A DNA stretch of 64,000 nt from a virus (Duplodnaviria; Caudoviricetes): positions 493-64,492 of the IMG/VR virus record IMGVR_UViG_3300042317_000235. One strand, 5' to 3'. A program made the position numbers and the translations under genes. The notes below the pieces were generated by a model. The model saw only the letters and a program-made list of their open reading frames with translations. It was not told the origin of the DNA and searched no databases. Shown here one piece after another: positions 8,113 through 16,337 of the stretch (positions are counted from its first letter, which is position 1; every line of letters starts with the position of its first letter).

Positions 8113-8445
8113 TCATAGTCTGCATCCCAGCTTGCTGAGTCTATATCTCTCATAATACTCTCTCAAATAGTTTTCTAAATGGTCGATGTTGTCGGCGTTA
8201 ACGAGGAGACCTGTTCCTCCTGCCTTTTCAATGTTACCAAGCTCGCGTTGTTGCAGAGCTGTGGGTTGTTTACTTCCTGCCTTACACTCTATACCAATGA
8301 AATGCCCACCGATACACGCAATCACATCGGGTATACCAGTGCGACCATATCCGTTAGCCGCAGGGAAAAAGTAATACGCACCCACCCCATCAAGCACTTT
8401 GCGTACTTGGTCTTTAATCTCACCTTCAGGCGTCTTTGCCATCAC
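8113..8445 (-). CDS. VRR-NUC domain nuclease (Holliday junction resolvase-like)
   Basis: TPEGEIK, GYGRTGIPDVIAC..GHFIGIECKAG..PTALQ: PD-(D/E)xK VRR-NUC signature. Confidence 0.9.
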   Translation of the reverse strand: MMAKTPEGEIKDQVRKVLDGVGAYYFFPAANGYGRTGIPDVIACIGGHFIGIECKAGSKQPTALQQRELGNIEKAGGTGLLVNADNIDHLENYLREYYERYRLSKLGCRL

Positions 8446-8662
8446 ATAGCTCCTTAATTATTCTGTTAACTACTACCGTTTTAGTCTGCCCATTGAGTGA
8501 GCCAAACCATATCACATGCACTGGGCATTCGGGGTCACCGTTCCATACCTTAAGTGTTAGCCTATCTACAAACTGCATAGTAAGCCCTGCACTACTTAAT
8601 CTATTTATAGTATCCTCTACAACATTAGATGCATCACTACGAATTTCTACAATCTTAATCAT
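8426..8662 (-). CDS. hypothetical protein
   Basis: ORF track; GAGG RBS. Confidence 0.6.
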   Translation of the reverse strand: MIKIVEIRSDASNVVEDTINRLSSAGLTMQFVDRLTLKVWNGDPECPVHVIWFGSLNGQTKTVVVNRIIKELCDGKDA

Positions 8663-8792
8663 ATCGACCTCTTGCTACTTAAATTATTTATGCTAGAGTA
8701 TTCACACATATCTCTACCTATCCTAGAGTCTTGTGCTTCATGTGTTACTCCTCTCTTAGGGGGCATCGTACCTCGTGCGATGCCCTTCTTTT

Positions 8793-9011
8793 TTATATCT
8801 CACATACTAAAAATATACCGTCACCCCTATTCAAACCGACACCACCTACAATCTCACCAACAGGCGCAACTTGCAGTAAAGCTATGTTATCGGGTACAGG
8901 CGGGGTTAATTCGCTAACCTCCTCAAACTGTATTTCTTTCATCTCCCTAGCAGGGAGAGCATCATCTAATGGTACAGCAGTTTTCTTACCTAAGTCTACT
9001 AATAACGTCAA
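8793..9011 (-). CDS. hypothetical protein
   Basis: ORF track; GAGGAGGAGG upstream; IALLQVAP..VGGVG. Confidence 0.55.
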   Translation of the reverse strand: MTLLVDLGKKTAVPLDDALPAREMKEIQFEEVSELTPPVPDNIALLQVAPVGEIVGGVGLNRGDGIFLVCEI

Positions 9012-9030
9012 TTATTCCTCCTCCTCATAT

Positions 9031-10200
9031 TTAATCCAACCTAATCACACTGCCAAACGGTGGCACGACATTACTACCACCAACAATAACCCATATCACA
9101 GGGTACGTAGGATGTTCTTTGGGGAAGTCCGTGTAACCGTCAGTGATAATAATCGTACACTCTGGCTTGAGCTTGTTGTCATCTATATACTGCATCACAC
9201 AGGCTACGTCTGTACCACCACCGCCAGCAGGTTTAGTAGAGTTAACTAGACCCGCGTAATTATCCTCGCGATACTGTTCATGAGATGCAACATCTGTATC
9301 CCAGTAGAGAAGGTCAACCTTCTCTGGAGTTGTATTGTCGCATATAGCCACTACCTCACTCAAGGCTTTGGTAATCGCCTCGTCATCAATAGAACCCGAT
9401 GTATCAATCGCAACGCACATAGACCCTACTGTCTCACTTATCTGACTGGGCATATAGATATCTTGAGAGAGCCACCGTCTGCTTGGTTTTGCCCATGTGC
9501 TGTCACCTTTGCCAGCGCAAGTTGATGATACGAACTCACGCAGTTGGTCACGCCAGTCTACTTTGGAAGCCATGATAGTCTCGAAGCTACGGTCTACATC
9601 ACCGTTTTGTTTGCCAGCTAAAAGTGCGCCAGTGCGTACTGCGCCATCGATTTCTTTTCGCACCTGTTCCTTCTCTTCGGGCGACAGCGAGGCGGCATCT
9701 TGCCACTGATGTTCATCTAATTCTTCAGGCAGTTTACCACCCCCCTTACTGGCACGGCTTTGCTTATCACCATACTGCTCCTTGAGTTTAGCGTATACCT
9801 CTGCGGTATTCATACCACGATACTGCTCATCGATACACCCACACTCGGGCAACTTAATAAAGCTACCGCCCCTATCAATGTCTAGTATCTCGAGGTTAAT
9901 CACAAAGTCGCACGCTATACCTGCAAGCTGGGCATCCTCCTCGAATAGTTTCTGCCATATGAATAAGTGCTGATAGAGTTTATGTTTAGCCTCATGTAAC
10001 ACAAGACCGCGTATCTCTGGATCAGTCAAGCTGTCTACAAACTCACGCCCATAAAATACATCACGCCCATTGGTAGCGGCTGTGTCTATGTCACCTCTGA
10101 TTTCTGTCTTACCTACCATGATAATACCTGAGTAGGCTAAGGTGCGGGTGTCTTGCATCAACGCAATGTGCGCCTTGAGTATGCGGTCTTCTGCTTTCAT
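9031..10200 (-). CDS. metallopeptidase + vWA domain protein (DUF2201-like)
   Basis: TAATNG, HEAKH (HExxH), ACDFVIN; vWA MIDAS DTSGS, GGGGTD, IITDG. Confidence 0.88.
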   Translation of the reverse strand: MKAEDRILKAHIALMQDTRTLAYSGIIMVGKTEIRGDIDTAATNGRDVFYGREFVDSLTDPEIRGLVLHEAKHKLYQHLFIWQKLFEEDAQLAGIACDFVINLEILDIDRGGSFIKLPECGCIDEQYRGMNTAEVYAKLKEQYGDKQSRASKGGGKLPEELDEHQWQDAASLSPEEKEQVRKEIDGAVRTGALLAGKQNGDVDRSFETIMASKVDWRDQLREFVSSTCAGKGDSTWAKPSRRWLSQDIYMPSQISETVGSMCVAIDTSGSIDDEAITKALSEVVAICDNTTPEKVDLLYWDTDVASHEQYREDNYAGLVNSTKPAGGGGTDVACVMQYIDDNKLKPECTIIITDGYTDFPKEHPTYPVIWVIVGGSNVVPPFGSVIRLD

Positions 10201-10209
10201 GTTGCTCTC

Positions 10210-11280
10210 CTAGAATAAGTAGCCGTTAGTTACACACCATGAGGTGAATGATTTGTTGCGTACTGCAACGTCACGCTTGGGCGACTTACCGCTCATAATG
10301 GACATAGCAAACATAGCTTGTGCCTCACGGGTCATACGACCTAAGTACGTCATCCACGCATCGAACGTGTCAACCTCTACGTTATGCAAAGCCTTAGAGA
10401 CTATAAGACAGACTGATGCACCATTGCTGGGTACTTGCGTAGTAGTTGGCTCAGATACAATCTCACGCCATGCGGGCATGGTGTTATCCAGTTTTAATAT
10501 GTTCATCATATCCATAGTCGCACGCTCACCAATCACACCAATAAGCGCATGATATAGCACGTCTTCGGGTAGGTGACGGCAACGCTTGAGGATATTACTT
10601 GCCGCTTCCATACTGCGTGGTGTAACGAACGCCGCTCGTGGTACTCGTGGGTCGTAGATGTACTCGTTCTGAGTTGGTTTCTCGTAGTCTTCAAACGATG
10701 CGAACATAGCAGGGTACTCGTTAGCTGTCGCAATAACCACTGGGTCAACACCTGCACCCATAGCAAAGCCAAGACGCCACTCTTCTGAGGTTGGTTTGCG
10801 TACCTTAACCACGTCCACACGGTTTCTTGCATGAGGTGGCAGATTATCACCGATACCCTCTGCTGATAGGTTGGTTGTTGCAAACACGATGCTACCCTCT
10901 GGCAAACTATGTGTGCCGAGCTTACGCTCGAGCATTAACCGCAAGCAAGCATTCATCACAGACTTACTAGCCTTGCCTATCTCGTCAAGCATAATAATCA
11001 CAGGCTTATTGAGGTGAAAGCCAAACTCCTCGTTGGGTATGAATGAGCAGACAGACGTACCGTCTAGCTGACGCACCTGTGGTACAAGGAAGTCACCAAC
11101 ATCCTTAGTCGTGATGTCTACATAGCACACCACATGGTCGGGGTGCTGTTGCTGTAGTGATTTGAGAATAGACGACTTGCCTATCCCCATCTCGCCCTGT
11201 ACTAACACTGTGGTTGTGTCGCCGATTGCATTGATAAGGTCGATTGCGTTTTGCATGGTGATTGAGCTGTACGGTTTCAT
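10210..11280 (-). CDS. MoxR-like AAA+ ATPase
   Basis: Walker A GEMGIGKS, Walker B IMLDE, sensor ATTN, TPRS; adjacent to the vWA gene. Confidence 0.88.
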   Translation of the reverse strand: MKPYSSITMQNAIDLINAIGDTTTVLVQGEMGIGKSSILKSLQQQHPDHVVCYVDITTKDVGDFLVPQVRQLDGTSVCSFIPNEEFGFHLNKPVIIMLDEIGKASKSVMNACLRLMLERKLGTHSLPEGSIVFATTNLSAEGIGDNLPPHARNRVDVVKVRKPTSEEWRLGFAMGAGVDPVVIATANEYPAMFASFEDYEKPTQNEYIYDPRVPRAAFVTPRSMEAASNILKRCRHLPEDVLYHALIGVIGERATMDMMNILKLDNTMPAWREIVSEPTTTQVPSNGASVCLIVSKALHNVEVDTFDAWMTYLGRMTREAQAMFAMSIMSGKSPKRDVAVRNKSFTSWCVTNGYLF

Positions 11281-11672
11281 TGTTCTTCTCCAAAGGTTAG
11301 TGTGTATGTGCGTGGTACTACTATTGATGTGAGTGGGAAGAAGTCATCCCGATATGGTTCTGTTGTATCGGACTCTGCATGCTCTTCCTCGATATCTTTA
11401 CCCTCTTCACCTACTCGAATGAAACGATACGCACCTCCAGCCTCGATAGTATCCTTGTACAGCCTAGTGAGAGCTTGCACTACTGGGTAATCGTCATACC
11501 ACTTAACATCCTCTTCGTGATATAACACTGATGCATCATCCCAAGATATACGAGAAAAGTTCTTTCTGCTGTTAATAAGGTTATCATCTAGCAGACGTGG
11601 TGCTAGGTAATTGTCGAGCGACTCTTTATCTTTAAATGAAATAATAAAAGCTACTGTTGAACGGTATCCCAT
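11277..11672 (-). CDS. conserved-type phage hypothetical protein
   Basis: MGYRS..., DVKWYD, FIRVGEE..D pattern. Confidence 0.75.
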   Translation of the reverse strand: MGYRSTVAFIISFKDKESLDNYLAPRLLDDNLINSRKNFSRISWDDASVLYHEEDVKWYDDYPVVQALTRLYKDTIEAGGAYRFIRVGEEGKDIEEEHAESDTTEPYRDDFFPLTSIVVPRTYTLTFGEEQ

Positions 11673-11681
11673 GTTGTTCTC

Positions 11682-12533
11682 CTAGTCGTTCCACTTGTCG
11701 AGCATAGCATCGACATCTTTTTTAATTTGTGAGCGCATGAAGTCGCTCTGTTTAATATCTTTTGTATCGATACCCATGATGGTATCCTCAAGACGCTGGC
11801 GCATATCCTCCAGTTGCGTGTCATTGTTTATATTGAGGTGGCGCAGTAACTCGCACAGCTCGGACGCTGATGAATACACGCTGTCGTATATCTTGCCCTT
11901 TGTACCATCATCGTTAGTGCGCAAACCAAAGCTCAGTTGAGTGAGGCTGTCATATAACCTATCCCACGCATCACGGTTTACTTTCTGTATGTTGTACTCA
12001 TACATCTCGTCATACTGACGACGTAACTCAGCTACCTCCTCTGATTGAATGTCTACACGGAAGTCACCTGACTCTGGCACAGGAGAGAACCCTATGCTAA
12101 AGCTAAACTTACTGCGGACTTTGTCTTCGTCTGGGTACTCGTCACGGTCAAACAGCTTACCTAACTGAAACGCGGCGGCACTAATCTTTAAGGTGTACTG
12201 AGGCAAGAACATATCGACCTCATCCCAAAAGCGTTTCTCGTAATCACCCATAGCCCGCTTGTACTCTAGGAAGTAAGCCGTAGTCAGCAGACGCTGACCG
12301 TTATCATTCCAAGGGGATGTGTACCTTGCATGGTAAGTGCGAGCCTCACTCGCAATTTTCTGTATCTTGGTTAGGCTGTCGTCGCCTGCCAGCAGGTTCT
12401 TGTGATAGTTACCTGCCTTTGTCATGGTTGAGTTCGCTGTGTCCACATCCTGTGATACTTTCTTGTCTAGTTTTCTAGCTGTCCAGATTGAGATGTTTAA
12501 AGTGCAGAGCATTGCACTGTTTGAGATTGCCAT
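11682..12533 (-). CDS. DUF3150-like coiled-coil phage protein
   Basis: ISIWTARKLDKK, TSPWNDNGQRLL, LFDRDEYP, PVPESGDFR; family recalled from memory. Confidence 0.65.
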   Translation of the reverse strand: MAISNSAMLCTLNISIWTARKLDKKVSQDVDTANSTMTKAGNYHKNLLAGDDSLTKIQKIASEARTYHARYTSPWNDNGQRLLTTAYFLEYKRAMGDYEKRFWDEVDMFLPQYTLKISAAAFQLGKLFDRDEYPDEDKVRSKFSFSIGFSPVPESGDFRVDIQSEEVAELRRQYDEMYEYNIQKVNRDAWDRLYDSLTQLSFGLRTNDDGTKGKIYDSVYSSASELCELLRHLNINNDTQLEDMRQRLEDTIMGIDTKDIKQSDFMRSQIKKDVDAMLDKWND

Positions 12534-12549
12534 GATGTTCTCCTGTTTG

Positions 12550-12571
12550 ATTCCGTACTTGTGTACGGATT
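12550..12571. repeat. 22-bp palindromic element copy 1
   Basis: ATTCCGTACTTGTGTACGGATT, directly upstream of the RBS of 11682..12533. Confidence 0.9.
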
Positions 12572-13157
12572 ACTTTATAATTTCGTTTATATATGTGGTT
12601 GAGTTGTGTGAGTAGCATAGACGGCAGTCGTTGCACGCCCCATGACAGTTAATGTCAGTGGTATCAGAACCCCTAGCGAATGCCGTGAAGACTTTATCAA
12701 AGCCCTTAGGTAATTTGCTTGGCACACCTACTACAGGGGAGCTATAGATAAGGATTAAATTGTCAGGTTTACCACGTCCTTTCAGCGCACGATGCACAAT
12801 ACCGTAGCGTTTAGTCCATAGCGTAAATATAGTGTGTGGATTAGCCGCCGCTATGTACATATAGTTAACGAAGTGAATGAGGTTAATCAGCTCACCATAC
12901 GAGTGGTAGCGTACTATCTCTTCACTAAATCTAGGTATCTCACCTAATTCTAGGTAACGCTCTGCTAGGAATAGATTGCGTGTTGTTGCATTGACCAGTG
13001 AAGGTCGCATTTTCTCATACCGTTGTGCATAACATGACTTACAGATAGTGTTTGTTTTCTGCATCGCTTGGCAAAACGTATTGCCTGTTGTGGGTGTGTT
13101 GATTGACTGTATGCCAGTCATCTTGCCTTTGCCCTGTGTGATGTGAACTGCGTTCAT
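12570..13157 (-). CDS. GP88-like Cys-rich (radical-SAM-like) phage protein
   Basis: GKM, C..CKSCYA, RYHSYGE, WTK, C-terminal CHGACNDCRLC. Confidence 0.65.
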   Translation of the reverse strand: MNAVHITQGKGKMTGIQSINTPTTGNTFCQAMQKTNTICKSCYAQRYEKMRPSLVNATTRNLFLAERYLELGEIPRFSEEIVRYHSYGELINLIHFVNYMYIAAANPHTIFTLWTKRYGIVHRALKGRGKPDNLILIYSSPVVGVPSKLPKGFDKVFTAFARGSDTTDINCHGACNDCRLCYSHNSTTYINEIIK

Positions 13158-13252
13158 GATAATTCCTCATGTTTCGGTCTGTGTTTAAGGTGCATTGCAC
13201 CCCGATTCAATTTGCAATCCCTTGAGGGGATGACTCTTTACTACTGTGAAAT

Positions 13253-13281
13253 ATTATACGCCTATTGGTAGGCTGTGTCAA
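13253..13281 (-). promoter_or_regulatory. sigma70 promoter, perfect consensus
   Basis: minus strand TTGACA-17 nt-TATAAT. Confidence 0.9.
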
Positions 13282-13517
13282 GTGCTTGATTTATATACAC
13301 CTATTGCAATAGGTTCGTCCAGCTCTACGGAATCCATGTGAGTTACCCCGTCCGGTAACGTAACTTTGTAGTGGGTGATATACCCGTTAAATCTGTAGTA
13401 TGGGGATTGCCCGCTACTTAATATTTCTACTGATACCCCGTCATACATAGGCTCATTCATTAGAATGCAGTCACTGATTGAATCTAATGCGTCTTCGTGC
13501 GTTGGTAATAGTTTCAT
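13278..13517 (-). CDS. hypothetical early protein
   Basis: ORF track; CAGGAG RBS. Confidence 0.65.
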   Translation of the reverse strand: MKLLPTHEDALDSISDCILMNEPMYDGVSVEILSSGQSPYYRFNGYITHYKVTLPDGVTHMDSVELDEPIAIGVYKSST

Positions 13518-13535
13518 GTGTATCTCCTGTTTGAT

Positions 13536-13748
13536 TTACCAGTTTTCTATGATGGCACTTACTGTTTTTCTAAATTTGCCGTAATCCTCAAATGTGTGGA
13601 GTTTCATAGCGTCGTAGTAGTCAATCAATACAAACGTATTTTCAAGGTAATAGAACCTAATCTTTTTATCGACATCTGGTTTATTTGCCATTATGTAATC
13701 GAACTTGACGCCTTGCATCAGTTGTTTTTTGTTTATTCTAATTTTCAT
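13536..13748 (-). CDS. hypothetical early protein flanked by 20-bp direct repeats
   Basis: ORF track; CAGGAG RBS; repeats at 13512..13531 and 13743..13762. Confidence 0.65.
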   Translation of the reverse strand: MKIRINKKQLMQGVKFDYIMANKPDVDKKIRFYYLENTFVLIDYYDAMKLHTFEDYGKFRKTVSAIIENW

Positions 13749-13771
13749 GTGTATCTCCTGTTATGTGTTTG

Positions 13772-13793
13772 ATTCCGTACTTGTGTACGGATT
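13772..13793. repeat. 22-bp palindromic element copy 2
   Basis: identical to copy 1 over 28 bp including flanks. Confidence 0.9.
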
Positions 13794-13892
13794 AAGTGGT
13801 AGAGCCAGCAACTAAGGATTACAAACTATATAGGCGTCACTCCTCTACCCTCCAGCGTTTTAGCCCACCTCTGGATGGGGCGTTTAATTGTT

Positions 13893-14171
13893 TTATAAGT
13901 CTATCCCTGTGAATTCTCTGTATAGTGGAGCAGGGGACAAGTACGACCATTGCCCACCGTTGTCGTAGTAACTATATACTTCATCTGGTGTGAGCTGGTA
14001 GCAACCATATAGGGTTGCATACACTCCTTCCATGTCTTCCATATCCTCACCTCGAATAGAGATGTAGTTGCCTCTGTCATAGGCTTCCTGCAAGTTGTTT
14101 AAAATGTTGCATTGGTCGTTAATGCTAAGTTCGTTGAATGCTGATGCGCTTCTTAAAAAATATGTGTTCAT
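13893..14171 (-). CDS. hypothetical early protein
   Basis: ORF track; GGAG RBS; downstream of a consensus promoter. Confidence 0.7.
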   Translation of the reverse strand: MNTYFLRSASAFNELSINDQCNILNNLQEAYDRGNYISIRGEDMEDMEGVYATLYGCYQLTPDEVYSYYDNGGQWSYLSPAPLYREFTGIDL

Positions 14172-14224
14172 GTTGTTTACTCCGTTATTGTTTTTGTTAC
14201 TGCATTTCTCGACTTCTGGGTAAT

Positions 14225-14253
14225 ATTATACGCTAGTTTACTTCGGTTGTCAA
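14225..14253 (-). promoter_or_regulatory. sigma70 promoter, perfect consensus
   Basis: minus strand TTGACA-17 nt-TATAAT. Confidence 0.9.
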
Positions 14254-14280
14254 CCCCTTTATTTTTAACTGCTCAACGTC

Positions 14281-15528
14281 TTATCTAGGAACAGTTATCA
14301 TGATGTTACCGTTGCGTAGTGTTTGCTTGTGTCCTTTTATTCTCTTTAACTGTATGTTAAATACGGTGACTGCATCCTCCCATGTGTGGCACACGGTGAC
14401 TTTATTCCCACGCCCCATGCCATGCACCGTGTAGGTGCTACCTTCTATGCGTATGTTTCGCTCTGTGCTCACCGTCCAGCGTCTTGGTTTTGATTCCGTA
14501 CTTGTGCACGGAATAGGGTTCTTGGTTACCTGTGTTGGTATTCTTGTTAGTGTTGCCGAGTTCACTGGCTCGGGTTTTATATTCTCCCATTTATAGTTGA
14601 GTGGGTTTGCGTCCCTGCAGGGGTATGCACAGACTTTATTTGTCTTTGGGCTTATGTTGCGTATGCCGTAAGGTTCGCACAGGACTTCTTCTTGTATGCG
14701 CTGGATGTTATCTAGTCCGCCCGTGTAATCAAACCGCCCTCCTGCGCCCATGTAGAGGTAGGCAATGGCTTGTGGACTGTATGTCGTACTATTTAGGCTT
14801 ACACGCGGGTGCGTCACGCGCTCTCTAATATAATAGGCTTTTCTAATGGTTGCATGGATGGATGTCTTGTCTGGGTTGCGCTCTAAGTAGTAGCGTTTGA
14901 TGCACTGTGCTCTTAAATCGTCGTCTAATAGGGCATAGTCGTCCGTTGTGTACGTATGCCACCCTTTGTGTAGAGGGGGGTTGTTCTTGGCTCTTAGCGG
15001 CAATCTATTGAGGTCTAGGCGTTGTGCTCTAGGTTTTTTAGGTTTTGCATGGGTGTAGATCGCGCTTTTGTCTGCACGAGAGCCTTCATTGTAGGTTATT
15101 TCGCCCGTATCGGGGTCATAGGCGAGCTTTAGGTGTAGGTATGCCTGTGTTAGTGGTTCTCGCGGCTTGGCGTCTTTTACGGGTGCGTGTGCCTGCATTA
15201 AAGCATCTAGGGTTTTTTTAACAAAGGGTTTTACTATGGTGATAGTCCCTAATGTTTTCTTATGCTCTACCTCGTACTCGTAGTGAGTCATCGCATACAA
15301 CTCGTCGTAGACTGCATTGGTTTTATCTCGAAGAGCTACCTGCGCAAGGTGGGTTTTTTCTTTCTCCGCTCGGCGGATTTCTAATTTGTTGGGGGTATTG
15401 TTTATTGCACGAGAGTATGCTAGGAAGTCTTTGTGGTAGAGGCGGTTGAGTCGGTTGGTTTCGAGTAGGGCAATTCTCATGGTTGCATAGGGTATTTTTG
15501 CTTGTTTTGCTAGGTCTGTTGTTTTCAT
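14281..15528 (-). CDS. basic protein resembling a degenerate HNH/AP2-type endonuclease
   Basis: LAYDPDTGEI, RVSLNSTTYSPQAIAYLYMG, RDANPLNYKWENIK, C-terminal TWEDAV; catalytic His not evident. Confidence 0.55.
   Translation of the reverse strand: MKTTDLAKQAKIPYATMRIALLETNRLNRLYHKDFLAYSRAINNTPNKLEIRRAEKEKTHLAQVALRDKTNAVYDELYAMTHYEYEVEHKKTLGTITIVKPFVKKTLDALMQAHAPVKDAKPREPLTQAYLHLKLAYDPDTGEITYNEGSRADKSAIYTHAKPKKPRAQRLDLNRLPLRAKNNPPLHKGWHTYTTDDYALLDDDLRAQCIKRYYLERNPDKTSIHATIRKAYYIRERVTHPRVSLNSTTYSPQAIAYLYMGAGGRFDYTGGLDNIQRIQEEVLCEPYGIRNISPKTNKVCAYPCRDANPLNYKWENIKPEPVNSATLTRIPTQVTKNPIPCTSTESKPRRWTVSTERNIRIEGSTYTVHGMGRGNKVTVCHTWEDAVTVFNIQLKRIKGHKQTLRNGNIMITVPR
14493..14514. repeat. 22-bp palindromic element copy 3 (inside CDS)
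   Basis: ATTCCGTACTTGTGCACGGAAT preceded by TTTG. Confidence 0.85.
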
Positions 15529-15821
15529 GGGATTTTTGTTGTTTTTTTGGTAAAAAGGGAGGATTTAGGGTCATTTTACACTCCGAATTCCCGAAACGCA
15601 AGGGGGTAAGTAATTTACGGGAGTTGATTAAGTTTTTTTAGCGTATATAGGACGCGGCGTGTAGAAGAAAGTGTTATGTGCAGTTATATTTATTTGAAAT
15701 TTTGAGAGAGAGCGAGAGGAGGCGAAAATATTTTTATAATTACAACCATACAACGTATATCACAGGGACAAAAATACACGAAAATATATATATTTTTTTC
15801 TTATATATATTATTAAATAAA

Positions 15822-15841
15822 TAGTAGTAGTAGTAGTAGTA
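15822..15841. repeat. (TAG)6 microsatellite in an AT-rich non-coding region
   Basis: direct reading of sequence. Confidence 0.85.
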
Positions 15842-16071
15842 AAGACTAGAACCCTTGCATTTTAGGTGCACGAAAAAACTTTTCCTAGAAACGGACTTTG
15901 CAAAATTTCTGCAGAACGGGAATTCGAATCGACGTAAACTAGGTGTAACTTTTAACTTTTTTAAAGTAAGTTTGGTAAACTAAGCGTAATTGTAACACAA
16001 ATGTCATCTCGCACAGAAAAGAGCATAATACAGAAGAACCGAAGTTAACGCAGGTAAACCAAAATCAATCG

Positions 16072-16172
16072 CGTAGCTCACCGTCTTATTCGGAAACAGG
16101 TATCATTCTTAGCACCCACGCGCGACCAAAATCGCCCACGTAGCTCACCGTCTTAAACGGAAACAGGTATCA
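16072..16172. repeat. two 34-bp direct repeats separated by 33 bp
   Basis: CGTAGCTCACCGTCTTAWWCGGAAACAGGTATCA at 16072..16105 and 16139..16172 (2 mismatches). Confidence 0.85.
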
Positions 16173-16233
16173 AAATGACCGCATTTTGTGCGGCGGGTGT
16201 TAAATTATTTTATGTATTTACTAAATTTTAGGC

Positions 16234-16257
16234 AAAAAAATACCGTCTTTCGACGGT
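16234..16257 (-). terminator. Rho-independent terminator
   Basis: minus strand ACCGTC-GAAA-GACGGT followed by a T7 tract. Confidence 0.7.
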
Positions 16258-16260
16258 TTG

Positions 16261-16282
16261 ATTCCGTGCACGTGCACGGAAT
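16261..16282. repeat. 22-bp perfect palindrome copy 4
   Basis: ATTCCGTGCACGTGCACGGAAT. Confidence 0.9.
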
Positions 16283-16299
16283 TGCTAAATTTTAGGCGC

Positions 16300-16323
16300 A
16301 AAAAAGCCCGCTTTCGCGGGCTT
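16300..16323 (-). terminator. Rho-independent terminator after 16338..17291
   Basis: minus strand AAGCCCGC-GAAA-GCGGGCTT followed by a T tract. Confidence 0.8.
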
Positions 16324-16337
16324 CATGTAGCATTGTG

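Noticed and set aside
16072-16172. CRISPR array
   Set aside because: Only two repeats, similarity extends into the flanks, no recognisable CRISPR repeat ends and no cas operon. Kept only as a repeat finding.
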